DNA from: Octopus vulgaris
Lineage: Eukaryota
Length of the DNA stretch: 64,000 bases
Assembly: GCA_951406725.2 (NCBI GenBank)
Contig: OX597836.1
Location: forward strand, 36,022,001 to 36,086,000
Direction of reading: 5' to 3'
Part shown: positions 17,272 through 30,080 of the stretch, one piece after another
Layout of the letters: each line of letters begins with the position of its first letter
How positions within the stretch are numbered: the stretch's first letter is position 1
The notes under the pieces: generated by a model
Told to the model about the DNA's origin: nothing
Database searches by the model: none
Seen by the model: the letters and a program-made list of their open reading frames with translations, nothing else
Position numbers and translations under genes: made by a program

Positions 17272-18504
17272 TCATTCCAACTCCGTAACAACTGCTTCTG
17301 GTCCGTCGGCATCAATGTCCTCTGTTTGGGTTTCCCCATTGACAAAATCTTCCTGGACTTTGTTTTCGGTAGCGCAATGGTTTATAGTTTGTAATTCTTG
17401 TTTTTCGATAACTGTTGTTTGTGAGTATGCTTCACGGCCTTTTGGATAGATACTGTTTTCTGCTCGGAGGGAACGGTTGACCTCGAAACGCGAAGTACAT
17501 TTAAATGCTTTTGTGAAACTTTTACGGAAATTATCACTGAGGAAGTTATAAAGTAAGGGATTTAACATACTGTTAGCGTATGTAAGGATGTTAAACGTTT
17601 GGAACATTAAAATACGTCCTTCAGTAAGTGGTGGTGTGAAAACTACTATATCAAGCTGAAAAGCCCAATAGGGTAACCAGCAAATAATGTACACCCCAAT
17701 AACTGTCAGCACCAACCGGGTGACACGTTTCTGTGACTTTTTTTTCTCAGAAGACTTTTTAGCTGGGCCTGTAGTACGTAGTTTATGGACAACTGAGATG
17801 TAAAATACGGATATAAGCGGTACAGGAACAGCATAGGAAAATATGAAGTTGTACCAAATGAATATTTTATCTGGCGAGATTCCCAAGTGATCTGGCATCA
17901 CCATCATGCAGCTGTCTTTGTTTTTTGAATTACGCACTGTCGTAGAATACATGAGGGCAGGCAACATTATCAGGATAGATATTAACCATATACATACGGT
18001 TATAATAAATGCTACCTTTGGTGTTCTGAGTGACATGGATTTTATTGGATGACAAACAGCAAAGTATCTATCAGCGCTCATAACTGTCAACGTAAAGACC
18101 CCAGTAAAAGAATTTATGGATACTAAAAGATAATAGAATTTACACATAAAGAATCCAAACATCCAAAATCCATTCTTAATTGTAACAATGAGTAAAGGAA
18201 TACTGACAAGGAAGAGAACGTCAGCAATTGCAAGATTCAAGATATAGGTATTGGTAACAGTTTTCATTTTCGAGAACATCGTAACAACGTATATTACCAA
18301 ACAATTGCCAAACAGTCCTGTAATACAGATCAGGGAGTTACTGATCATTACGGTTATATTAACAATTTCCATGAATACTCTTCTAATACTGTGTTCTGTG
18401 GCGTTTGAAAGAGAATTGTTCATGTCAGCGTATGTGTCGTTGAAATTCTCACCGAACAGGCTTTGTTCCGTGACGTGAACTGTCTCATTAAATAACGGTT
18501 CCAT
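17272..18504 (-). CDS. Class A GPCR, allatostatin-C / somatostatin receptor-like (CDS without introns)
   Basis: 410-aa ORF with 7 hydrophobic segments: GLFGN (TM1), KMKTVTNTYILNLAIAD (ICL1/TM2), MSADRYFAVCHP (TM3), CWLPYW (TM6), YANSMLNPLLYNFLSDNFRKSF (TM7/H8, somatostatin/AstC receptor signature). Several N-terminal N-glycosylation sequons, ECL2 Cys, AACATGG start context, in-frame TAA four codons upstream of the ATG. Confidence 0.95.
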   Translation of the reverse strand: MEPLFNETVHVTEQSLFGENFNDTYADMNNSLSNATEHSIRRVFMEIVNITVMISNSLICITGLFGNCLVIYVVTMFSKMKTVTNTYILNLAIADVLFLVSIPLLIVTIKNGFWMFGFFMCKFYYLLVSINSFTGVFTLTVMSADRYFAVCHPIKSMSLRTPKVAFIITVCIWLISILIMLPALMYSTTVRNSKNKDSCMMVMPDHLGISPDKIFIWYNFIFSYAVPVPLISVFYISVVHKLRTTGPAKKSSEKKKSQKRVTRLVLTVIGVYIICWLPYWAFQLDIVVFTPPLTEGRILMFQTFNILTYANSMLNPLLYNFLSDNFRKSFTKAFKCTSRFEVNRSLRAENSIYPKGREAYSQTTVIEKQELQTINHCATENKVQEDFVNGETQTEDIDADGPEAVVTELE

Positions 18505-18883
18505 GTTGATATCTTATAGGAATATGTCTTTGAAAAAAATAAACAAAACAGACTTGGTCAATAAATGTATATTTTTTTTAAATCTGAAGACGATGTATTT
18601 TATATATATATATGTCTTATATTGGCGTTTCGGGATAATCGAATTTCTTTCAATTAATCATTTTTATTTCCCTTGCTGTTGTCATTTTATTTGGTAACAT
18701 TGAAATATCAGTTGTAAAATATTGTTATTCGATATATATGGTGTCATGTGGACGATCCTTTGAAATCAATACGAATATGTGTTTTATCCGTAAATATTCT
18801 CGATTTCGACTATTCGCCGAATTTTAGCTGTTTCTGCGTTCTTCAGGGCGGATTAGAGGTTCTTTCAGTTACATTTCAACAAC

Positions 18884-18920
18884 CTTTGAAAAAAAGAAAG
18901 AAAAAGAAAAACATAATTAG
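18884..18920 (-). promoter_or_regulatory. Putative 3' splice acceptor of the GPCR coding exon
   Basis: Minus strand reads CTAAT (branch-like) + tatgtttttctttttctttctttttttc + AAG|G; the exon would start at 18883, ~380 nt before the ATG. Confidence 0.6.
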
Positions 18921-19143
18921 TTTTAATATCCATAATTTTTATAATAAAATTATTTTTAAAAACATGTTCAAATTAGAAATAAAAAATATTTCATTGACAA
19001 ATTTCTCCCATTCTCTCTCACTTTTTTTTCTTCACCATCATTATCACGACGACGACCATATTATCATCATCGACAGAATCATCATCGGCTTAATCGTCGT
19101 CGTTATTATCGTCGTCCTCTCCTCTTGATCCTCATTACTGTGT

Positions 19144-19525
19144 GGAAGCACTCCGTCGGTTACGACGATGAGGGTTCCGGTTGATCCGATCAACGGAACA
19201 GGCTGCTTGTGAAATTAACGTCTAAGTGGCTGAGCACTCCACAGACACGTGTACCCTTAACGTAGTTCTCGGGGATATTCAGCGTGACACAGAGAGTGAC
19301 AAGGCCGGCCCTTTGAAATACAAGTACAACAGAAACAGGAAGTAAGAGTGAGAGAAAGTTGTGGTGAAAGAGTACAGCAGGGATCACCACCATCCCTGCC
19401 GGAGCGTCGTGAAAGCTTTAGGTGTTTTCTCTCAATGAACACTCACAACGCCCGGTCTGGGAATCGAAACCGCGATCCTACGACCGCGAGTCCGCTGCCC
19501 TAACCACTGGGCCATTGCGCCTCCA
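19144..19525 (-). mobile_element. SINE family C (tRNA-derived head)
   Basis: ggaggcgcaatggcccagtggttagggcagcggactcgcgg...ggtttcgattccc; TSD-like t(c/t)attactgt on both sides. Confidence 0.9.
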
Positions 19526-19624
19526 CTTATTACTGTAAATGGAAGAACATAGAGCATACACACATAGACACACAGTCATATAGGGGCGTATGTCCTTTAC
19601 TGCCTCTATATATATATTTTTCAA

Positions 19625-19854
19625 GGCGGCGAGCTGGCAGAAACGTTAGCACGCCGGGAGAAATGCGTAGCCGTATTTCGTCTGACGATACGTTCTGGGT
19701 TCAAATTCCGACGAAGTCGACTTTGCCTTTCATTCTTTCGGGGACGATTAATTAAGTACCAGTTACGTACTGGGGTCGATGTAATCGACTTAATCCGTTT
19801 GTCTGTCCTTGTTTGTCCCCTCCGTGTTTAGCCCCTTGTGGGTAGTAAAGAAAT
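19625..19854 (+). mobile_element. SINE family A monomer
   Basis: Full head and one body ending gtaaagaaata. Confidence 0.85.
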
Positions 19855-20040
19855 ATATATGATATCATTCTCCATATTATGTCATTCCGTTTTACACAAA
19901 TTAAAATTCCGTAGCTGTGTTAGGCGTAACACACAATCAACATAAAACAGTTTCAATATAGTAACACGGCCATCCAGTCAAATATACCGCTGCGAATGAA
20001 GAAGCTTTTATTTCAAGCAACAGTAGTAATAATGATGGCA

Positions 20041-20415
20041 TTCTGTCGGTCACGACGACGAGGGTTCCAGTTGATCCGATCAACGGAACAGGCTGCTCGT
20101 GAAATTAACGTCTAAGTCGCTGAGCATTCCACAGACACATGTACCCTTAACGTAGTTCTCGAAGAGATTCAGCGTGACACAGAGTGTGACAAGGCTGGCC
20201 CTTTGAAATACAGGTACAACAGAAACAGGAAGAAAGAGTGAGAGAAAGTTGTGGGGAAAGAGTACAGCAGGGTTAACCACAATCCCCTGCCGGAGCCTCG
20301 TTGAACTTTAGGTGTTTTCGCTCAATAAACACTCAGAACGCCCGGTCTTGCAGTCGAAACCGCGATCCTACGATCGCGAGTCCGCTGCCCTGACCACTGG
20401 GCTATTGCGCCTCCA
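20041..20415 (-). mobile_element. SINE family C
   Basis: Near full-length copy similar to 19144..19525. Confidence 0.85.
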
Positions 20416-20545
20416 CAGTAGTAATAATACACCACAATTAAAATGATAGACTTTTGCGGAATAATATAAGAAATTATAACAATGGCATCGTAAGTAACTA
20501 TAAAGATCAAGATAACGTGAAACAATTCTTTTAGGAATATCACGT

Positions 20546-20860
20546 TGCGCAATGTCCCAGTGGTTAGGGCAGCGGAGTCGCGGTCGGAAGATCGCGGTTT
20601 CGATTCCCAGACCGGGCACTGTGTATGTTTATTGAGCGAATACACCTAAAAGCTCCACGAAGCTCCGGTAGCAGATGGTGGTGACCCCTGTTGTACCCTT
20701 TCGCCCCAACTTTCTCTCACTCTTTCTTCCTGTTTCTTGAGTAACGCTGTGATGGACTGGTGTCCTGTCCAGCTGGGGGGGGGGGGGGGGAGGAACACAT
20801 ATGCCACAGAAACCAGGAAACCGGGCCCATGATCCTGGCTAGGCTTGAAAAGGGCGCAGA
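20546..20860 (+). mobile_element. SINE family C variant with a different 3' part
   Basis: Same head/body up to caactttctctcac, then gatggactggtgtcctgtccag-G-run-gccacagaaaccagg. Confidence 0.75.
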
Positions 20861-21402
20861 AGAAATGTTGGTTTGAAAAAAAAAAACCTTTTGAGTAGCT
20901 AAATTCGAAGGCTACCTGTACGATTCATACCCCTATATCCTGCAACCCAAAATTTAAACGCTACTACTTAATGTCCTCTTTGCTTTGACACCTACTCTTC
21001 CTCCTCCTCTCCAAACCCAAAAGAGAGTTCTATTCACGTTCTCTCGAATTTTATAATTCTTATCACGTTAACAATACGCGACAATCTCTGTTAGTATAAT
21101 GGTTCTAAAATGGCTAAAAACAACAATTGTAGTATTGCATTAGTCCAGTGGTAAAACGCCAATTATGTTTACACGATATGTGGCTTCGTGTACCCCACGG
21201 GTATACGTCTAGCAAAGCAATATTTCGTTTATTCCAGCAACCGAGAGGTGAATCATCAGCAAGGAAAAAATTGTATAGAAAAAGGGAAAAAAAAATTCAG
21301 TAAAAGGTAATTTATGATATACGTACTGGGATTCATATTTTACGACGGAGCAAAATCGATTAAGACAATCAGATATGAACAAAGATGACCTTTCTTACTT
21401 TC

Positions 21403-21515
<113 letters not shown>

Positions 21516-22119
21516 CATATAAAATTAACTTAATGCAGTAAGATATTTTGCCAAGCTGGAAATTACAGTTCTTCATTTCGGCTTTACATTATACAGACAA
21601 TACAACCGCTGAGATCGATTAAACCTGATTTATCCTTTTCTAATTTTTGCAACCGGGAGCTATCTAGGAGATGATTACTGACAGCATTGCAAAACGTATT
21701 AAAACTTCTTTGTTGTCTTTATCCATCTGAAATTTTATCCGACACACCGCCAATACTTCACCGTTACGGCCCCGTTTTTTCTTTTTTAAATGCCGTCTCT
21801 TGTTACCATTGTTTTCAAGGCTATGCCAAATTTTAACCACTGCCAAGAATTTCTACTCATTTTCCTGTCATGCTACATTTATCCCTTTTTTTCCGACCAC
21901 ACTACCAGTCCTTCGTATTCTCTAGCCCAACGATTTATAGTTGCTGCCATCTGCTGTCACTATTTTGTTATCCAATTTTCTCATCCAGAAAAATTACGTA
22001 ATGGTTTTTACGCTAATAATAAATAACACCATTTGTGTTTACTACTTGTTGTTTTTTATTTGAAACAAAATTACTGAAGGAGGGAGAATAACAAGCGGGA
22101 AAAGAGAAAAAAGTAAATA

Positions 22120-22690
22120 GGCGCAGAAGTGGCTGTGTGGTAAGTAGCTTGCCTACCAACCACATGGTTCTGGGTTCAGTCCCACTGCGTGGCATCTTGG
22201 GCAAGTGTCTTCTGCTATAGCCTCAGGCCGACCAATGCCTTGTGAGTGGATTTGATAGACGGAAACTGAAAGAAGCCTGTCGTGTATATGTATATGTATG
22301 TATGTGTATGTATATGTTTGGGTGTCTGTGTTTGTCCCTCTAGCATTGCTTGACAACCGATGCTAGTGTGTTTACGTCCCCGTCACTTAGCGGTTCGGCA
22401 AAAGAGACCGATAGAATAAGTACTGGGCTTACAAAGAATAAGTCCCGGGGTCGATTTGCTCGACTAAAGGCGGTGCTCCAGCATGGCCGCAGTCAAATGA
22501 CTAAACTTTTATCTTCTACTTGTTTCCGTCATTTGACTGCGACCATGCTGGGGCACAGACTTTATTTTTTTCCTTTATTTGAAGCCTGATACTTATTCTA
22601 TCGAAATATTTTGCCGAACCGCTAACTTACGGCCAGTTGACAAGTAGAGGTGGGGGGACAAACCCAGAAACAAAGACTTACACACACACG
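22120..22690 (+). mobile_element. SINE family B (tRNA head, CORE-like cttgggcaagt) followed by an inverted partial copy
   Basis: ggcgcagaagtggctgtgtggtaag...gggttcagtccc...cagtcaaatgac (22120..22503); reverse-oriented tail at ~22516..22690. Confidence 0.85.
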
Positions 22691-23983
22691 TACATATATA
22701 CATATACATACATACATATACATACATATATAATATGGCCCACTAGGAAAAACATCCCTGGTCTAGTGGATTATATCGACCTCAGTGATTGACTGGTACA
22801 TATTTAATCGACCCCAAAAAGATGAAACAAAAATTCGACTGTGGTGGCATTTCAAGTCACAACGTGAAGACGGACGAAATGCCGCTCATTTCTTTTGTAC
22901 AGCGTGCTAACGATTCTGCAAGCTCACCGCCTTTATCTACTAAATCATTATTGGGAACACTGCAAAGTCAGCACAAGTTCGTTGTCGCCTTTATCCATTT
23001 GAAATTTTTTCTGCACCAATAGTTTTTCTCGTGATTACATGCTACGATTTCCCTGGAAACCTTTGCTTGTATTGCTAGCTTCCTTGGAATTTAACTTTAA
23101 GCTTATTATTTCATGGATTAATAATTTTTATCTAATCTCTTACAGATTTTGCACCATAAAGTTTTATTTTTACACTACACAAGATTTGCTCTCAGCTCTT
23201 TTGCAGTCCGATTATTAGATTCTACCAAATTTCCCCATTTTACGATTTATTCTTTTTTCATTCATGTTGATAATTCCATAACTGAATATTATTTCATCTC
23301 TAACTCTGTCTCATCAATATTCTGTCACTCTTTTAATATGACATTCTTTCCTTAGCACTTTCGTTTAAATACATCTATTCTTAATCCTTTAACCCATTTA
23401 TATTAACCATACAGCATACGTATCGACGACCAGGGTGGAGCTCTATGTTCTCACTCGACATTCTAGAAATTATCTCCAAGTTTCTCCTTCAAGTTACAAT
23501 TTCCAGTCTATAATATAATATTAGCAAGAAATATCATTTCTACAGAGAAATAGATATTTTAACACAAATATGTCTATTATAAAATTCAATATCATGCAAT
23601 GTTCATCGAAGTAAACGAAGATGCCAACATCGATTCGTCTGCTGGCATTGCCAGAGAGAACCAAATTTTAAAAATGAGTCGACAAATACATAAAAGATGA
23701 TGCGGAAAAAAGGTTCCAAAATAATTCTATTTTTACCTGTGAATTTCACCAGGGAGTCATTGAAAGATACAGTCACCCTACTTTGTCTTTGCATGGCAGA
23801 AAATCAATTTGCTAACATCACAGAGCACACATTTAATGATACTCTCATGAAATTGTTTATACTATTTATACTTATACTATTTTTGTGATATATTAATGTA
23901 ATTATTAATCACATTTTTCTAATTGAGTCTTATCAATCCGTATTATTATCAACTTCGTCCTCAAGGCTTCTTCCTATGTGGTT

Positions 23984-24216
23984 GGCGGCGAGCTGGCAGA
24001 ATCGTTAGCATGCCGGTCGAAATGTTTAGCGTTATTTCATCTGCCGTAACGTTCTGAGTTCAAATTCCGCTGAGGTCGACTTTGCCTTTCATCCTATCGG
24101 GGTCGATTAAATAAGTACCAGTTATGCAGTGGGGTTGATACAATCGACATAATCCTTTTGTCTGTCCTTGTTTGTCCCCTCTGTGTTTAGCCCCTTGTGG
24201 GTAGTAAAGAAATAGG
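23984..24216 (+). mobile_element. SINE family A monomer
   Basis: Full head and one body. Confidence 0.85.
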
Positions 24217-24670
24217 TTATAATTAGCCATTCCGTTTCATGTTCCAAGATCCAGTCTCTTAACCACAGCCACAGATCATACATCCAACATCTGCCATTTA
24301 TTGCACGTTTATTATAGTCTTTTGTGACCGATATATCGACTAGGAGGCAACGTACTCTCTACGTTGAACCTTCAGGATAATATCTGCTGAATTAACCTTA
24401 ATCTTCTGTGTGAATATTGGCTTATCTCAGACTATAGCCACTTTGACATTCTCGAAGCATTTTTTCTTCTGTATACTGAGGCCAATTCTCTCATATACGT
24501 TCATCACGACCACGACCACGACGTCCATCACCACCACCAACAACAACAACAACACCAACGCCACCAACACCAAGACCACCAGCACCATCCTTGTCATCAT
24601 TATCATCATTATAATCATCATCATAATCATCATCATTTTCCTTATAATCCCTCTACATCTTCCTTATTAA

Positions 24671-24722
<52 letters not shown>

Positions 24723-24724
<2 letters not shown>

Positions 24725-25822
24725 TATACACACAACTGTTGTAAAAGAAAAAAAATACAAGTAATCGCAGATGCCAAGAACCCTCCTAAGCGTCCTAGCT
24801 GTCCCTAAAAACACTGTTTTCTGGAGCTGTACTGAACTGGGTTTTATAACTATTCCCTCTATTCATCCTTTCAAATACATCTGTTCAACTGTTTAGTTCC
24901 TAATGCAACTATAACTATCGGTATACATTTTACCACCACTTTCCATAGTTTCTGTAATTCAATGTCTAGCTCCTGGTACTTCGCTATTTCTTCTATGCCC
25001 CTCATATTGGTTTGCTCCATCATTTGGGACTGAAAAGTCAATTATCTTGCACTTTCTATTCTCTTTATCTACTACTATTAAGTCGGGTCTTCTGGCTTCT
25101 AATACTCTGTCAGTCTGAATGTTTAAGACACACGACATCTTATATTTTTCAGTACCTACTAGGTTCATGCTCGTAACATTTATCAATATGTTCAAATCCT
25201 GGCATTCAACATGACTTCAAGTAAATTACTCTCCTTAGGTTGTCATGTCTTTTCTTGTATTCTTTCTGTGCCAGCATGCTACATTTACTTAATATATGAG
25301 TAACGCTTTCCTGTTTTAACGTGCATAACCTACATTGGGAAGATACTTGTTTCTTTGTCTATCTTGGCTTTTATCCAATTAGTCCTTAAAGTTTGATCTT
25401 GTGCTGCTACTAACACACTTTCTGTCTCCTTTTTCAACCTTCCTTTCTGTAACCGTAACCATGTCTCACTACTACAATTTGCTGCAACAATCGTTGGGAA
25501 TCTATCATGCAGTGCCTTCTCCTACCAGTCAGATAACTTTTGTTCTTATTTCCCGTTATTAAATTTGTTTCATTGTTTTTGCTTCCCTGTGTCTTGCTGT
25601 AATTCTCGCAGCTTTTTATAACTTTCTTCACTATTAGCTACACAGTAATCTATATCTACTCCAGCTACCTCCAAGCAGTCTTCCCCTGAGATTAGCCCTC
25701 TTCCGGCTTCCTTTCTAGGTAAGTATAATCTTGTCACTCCTGCCTTTGGGTGGAGTCTTCCATTCATATTGAATTCCTTCCTAGTCATTCTGTCTAGCTT
25801 TGCTAATTCAGTTTTTGTACAA
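24723..25822 (-). mobile_element. R4/Dong-type LINE of a second family, 3' part
   Basis: ELAKLDRMTRK..LHPKAGVTRLYLPRKEAGRGL, CCHC knuckle CRLCTLKQESVTHILSKC, RLE RRPDLIVVDKENRKCKIIDFSVPND, LQKTVFLGTAR; 3' end runs into (TAA)n at ~24664..24722. Confidence 0.85.
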
Positions 25823-25849
25823 TATGCAAAAGCTATTAAATAAAGATTG

Positions 25850-26110
25850 TTTAAACATGTTGAATGAAACACCCATGTTTCCAGAGTTGAGATATTCAAA
25901 TCCCCAAAGAATTCCTCTCAATACATGTGTATGATACTCCCCCAACTACTTCTGCTGGTGATCAGAGATGCACATATCGTCAGCCACAAAAGGACATGCT
26001 CCACTGGTTAAGATCAAACAACTGACATGCAAATCTGTGGTATTAAACAGAAAATTTGCTGTAGCCCATCTTTTTACACCAAGGCAAAATATTTACGCGA
26101 TAACACATCA
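25850..26110. repeat. Unclassified interspersed repeat
   Basis: Diverged reverse-complement copies at ~44335..44525 and ~46515..46695. Confidence 0.6.
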
Positions 26111-26564
26111 AATCAGTTACGATTTGAAGCCTTCATAGTCACTGTTAGTACATCGGACGGAATACTTAGCAGCATATCGTCTGTCTTTTTATGTTTTAAG
26201 TTCAAAAACGTTTGAGGTTGTTGTTGGCTTTCATCTTCCTGGTTCGCTAAGTATCAGTTAAGATTAGGGGTTGACGTAATTGACTAACAATCTGCTACTC
26301 TCCCACCCACCACAAAAAACATTCAGGCCTTGTGTCAAAATTTGAAGAATGCTGGTCTTCCATAAACACAACCCTAGATTGTGCGTTCGCCGGTGAGGCG
26401 GCTTTCGCCCAGACTTGTACTCCGGAGGGAACCTCTTAGTTGCACCCATGGTCATTCGTGACCGACAGAGTCAATATATGTATATTGACCTTAACATAGC
26501 ATTTTTAATTACCACCGCTTAGCGGACTACCCCCGTAATATGTATGCATGTATATCGATACAAA

Positions 26565-26732
26565 CACGATGCGATGGTTAATTTCCGTCATTCTACATTT
26601 TTAATCTTCTGCATGCGTATTCTCTTGTTCGCTTTTGATTTTGTCGACTACACAGTATGGTTGGGTCAGTTGGGTACCGTTTGTGAGAAAAACAGCACTA
26701 TGATGCAATTCCCTCTGCCAGAAATTTGAAAG
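26565..26732 (+). mobile_element. 5' end of the same maT-type family
   Basis: gattttgtcgactacacagta...gtgagaaa..atg..tgccagaaattt matches the reverse complement of ~60190..60345. Confidence 0.65.
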
Positions 26733-27859
26733 GATTATTATTATCATTCTAGTAGTATAAAATGTGTTGGTTTCCACTTTTTGTGTCAAGGCCAACAACT
26801 TTGGGACGAAGGGGAGGGGGTGAGTAGATTACCTGAAACCCCGTGTTCAACTGCCTCGTATTTTATTGACAGAGAAAGGATGACAGGCAAATTTGAACTT
26901 AAAATATCGGCATAATTTGAACTCAAAATATAAACCGGTCGAAAAGCCGCTAAACGTTTTGCTCGCGGTGCTAGCGATTCTGCAGCCATAATAGTCTTAC
27001 ATATATTGCTTGCTTACACTGTGCAAGCCATTTTAACTCTGTACCTTAAGTACATTCAGTGATTTGTTGTTGCGCTTGGTTTTTTTTCTGCTATCAACTT
27101 TATGGGAAATTCTATAGCAGCGTTGTCCAACATTCTACGGATCCAAGCAATCCACTGTTACTTGAAAGAAAAAAGTAATCAAATGGAAAATAATAGAAAA
27201 TATAATTATGGAACGAGGAAAAAAGTTGCTAAACATACAGCTAAAAATAACCATATTCTTCAAACGATAATTGAGCTATTATGGATAATTTGGGAAAAGA
27301 TAGCAGCAAAAACATCATAGGACAACTTAGAAATAATTATACAAAACTAGCAGTTATCTACAAATAAAACAGATATATCTTCAAACCTCACATATGGTAA
27401 CATCCACATTCTCAAATATGGCAACGAATTCTATCGCATACCGGAACATAGCAAATTCAAAAAAAATTTCTAGCTCGGTTCTGAAATGGCTTGTGCTCAA
27501 TTTTTGAATAACAGCAATTAATTATGGAAAACATACAAAAGTTTACTCAAATATTACATAAAGAAGTGAGTAAAAGAACATTTGAAAGACTACGTGTACA
27601 TAAAATGAAAATGAAAACGCTGCAAATGTGAATACGGTAACGTTTTTATGGAGATGAAAAAAATCCACTTCGTAATGCATAATTTATTAAGAAATATAAG
27701 GTACCAAAATATTAAACAAATCTTATCGTGTACGAAATTCAGAGATGTTCTTTACGTGAAGCTTAAGTAACAAACAAGCTTTTTTATGTCATGGTCTGCA
27801 TTGCGTAGCTAAGAAATTTAAGAAATATCATCATGAGTATCAAAGAACTTGTCGAGCTA

Positions 27860-27972
27860 ATATACTTAACAAAAGGAGGCCCAATAGATATACTTAACAT
27901 AAAGAGTCCAATCGATATACCTAACATAAAGAGTCCCAATAGATATACTTAACATAAAGAGGCCCAGTAGAT
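27860..27972. repeat. Minisatellite, 4 units of ~27-28 bp
   Basis: Unit ~atatacttaacataaagag(g/t)cccaatag. Confidence 0.85.
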
Positions 27973-28245
27973 GAAACTACATCCAAATCTCCGTCATCTC
28001 CAACTCTACAGTATAAAATAATGTAATCAGACTTAAACTATATCGTAGATTTCCCCATAACTATGGAATGACAGTAGCTGGAAGGCCTTTAATATCTTTA
28101 ATATCTCAAAACGTCACGCAACATGCACACAAGCGTAAACATCTTGCTAATAATTAACGCCATTCCATATGGCGTGTGGTCTTTTGTGAAAAGGAAGAAT
28201 ACGTAATCACTACCGTCTTGGATTATCAAAAGAATATTGTTGTAT

Positions 28246-28688
28246 CGGATCTTTTCGGTTTGAACGACAGGTTTTAACATAATTTCTAGGTAACTAAAAA
28301 AATTTTAAACTTAGTATACTGGTAGAATGTGTTTATAAAAAAAAAAAATTTCTCTTGGATTTATTGAGAAAATTCTATAGTTTGTAAGATATTTATTGTT
28401 GTTTTTTTCTTCAATTTCTGCAATTTCAACCAATCAATGACGTCTATTGAGGTAAAAAAAACATTCTGTGCCGTATGAATATGTCCCTCGTTTAAGAAAC
28501 AGATTGGGTTCATTTACATTTGTGAAGAAAAAAAAGATACCCTTCCACCACCCCTAACCCTAACCCTAACTAACCCTAACCCTAAATGAGATTGAAATGC
28601 AATAGATCGATACGAGGGTCATAATTATGGGTGACAATTTCATATGACACCACAAGAAAAAAACTGCCGTTCAAACCGAAAAGATCCG
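28246..28688. mobile_element. MITE-like DNA transposon containing (CCCTAA)n
   Basis: Perfect 21-bp TIR CGGATCTTTTCGGTTTGAACG / CGTTCAAACCGAAAAGATCCG, extending imperfectly; telomere-like hexamers at ~28552..28585. Confidence 0.8.
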
Positions 28689-28984
28689 CTGTAACTAATG
28701 AAAATAGATACAAATATTCTAGCGTTCCTTATATCAATTCGCTGAAAGTTATTGGTTAGTATTCCATACAGATTGACACGAGGTATAAAGAAGAAACGTA
28801 CCACTAGCGATGGTTTAAGTTAGCAACATCTTTCAATAAAGTTTGAAAATGTCTCTAAATTTAAGTTCTGAGTAATTCCATAAACATTTCGAAAATCTTT
28901 TTTTATTCCGGTTGAAGTACTTCACTTGAAAATGTGCTTCAAACTTATTCAATACAGCAGTGCTTCGAAATATACATACATACA

Positions 28985-29018
<34 letters not shown>

Positions 29019-29076
29019 CATACATACATACATACATATATACATACATACATATATACATACATACATATATATA

Positions 29077-29141
<65 letters not shown>

Positions 29142-29185
29142 ATTTATATATGTATATATATATGTATATTTATATATATATATAC

Positions 29186-29240
<55 letters not shown>

Positions 29241-29631
29241 AAATACATATATATATATATAAATATACATATAAATATATATATATGTGCGTATATATAC
29301 ATGTGTGTGTGTATAGGTATGTTTAGAAATGTTAGTTTTAGATCATATAGTAACTTACCTATTCAAACAGAATTTCTGAATACAAACATAGGATCTATTA
29401 ATACGATTTTAGTCGATATTATATGACTAGAAATCGAGTAGACTCACCAGCAATCTATTGGAGATGTCAAGATCGTTGTCTCTGCGCAGAAAAGGAATTT
29501 ATTGATACTTCTGCATTTTATTAAATTGAATTCGCCAGACGAATTCGATGCCTAATGAAAAGGAAGAAAAATGTGTCTTAGACGTCGGTTGTAGTTTACG
29601 ACGAACGACATACGTCATTGTTTCATTTTCT

Positions 29632-29632
29632 T

Positions 29633-29668
<36 letters not shown>

Positions 29669-30044
29669 AACTACTACTACTACTTCTAATACTACTACAA
29701 CTACTATTACTACTACAACAACTACTACTACTACTACTACTACTACTGCTACTACTACTACTACTACTACTACTAATAATAATAATAATACAACTCCGAT
29801 AACTACTACAACTACTACTACTACTAATAATAATAATAATAATAATTATTATTATAATACAACTCCGATAACTACTACAACTACTACTACTATTACTTCT
29901 ACTACTACAACTATTACTAAACTAGTACTACTATTACTACTACTAAGCTACTACTACTACTAGAGATTGCAATAATACTACTATACTACTATTACTGCTA
30001 CTACTGCTAAGCTGCTGCTATTACTACTACTACTACTACTAAAC

Positions 30045-30080
<36 letters not shown>
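29632..30080. repeat. (CTA)n microsatellite field
   Basis: Direct reading, with a duplicated interruption atacaactccgataactactac. Confidence 0.9.

Noticed and set aside
18251-18478. Antisense ORF overlapping the GPCR
   Set aside because: Short, non-ATG start, explained as the shadow frame of the real CDS.
17272-18504. Opioid receptor call
   Set aside because: TM7 YANS..NPLLY.FLSDNF and TM6 WLPYW fit the AstC/somatostatin receptor group, and Asp3.32 is absent.
27860-27972. ~28-bp repeats of CRISPR-like length
   Set aside because: Head-to-tail with no spacers; an ordinary minisatellite.
28552-28585. (CCCTAA)n as a telomere or chromosome-fusion scar
   Set aside because: Only about five units, lying inside a TIR-bounded element.
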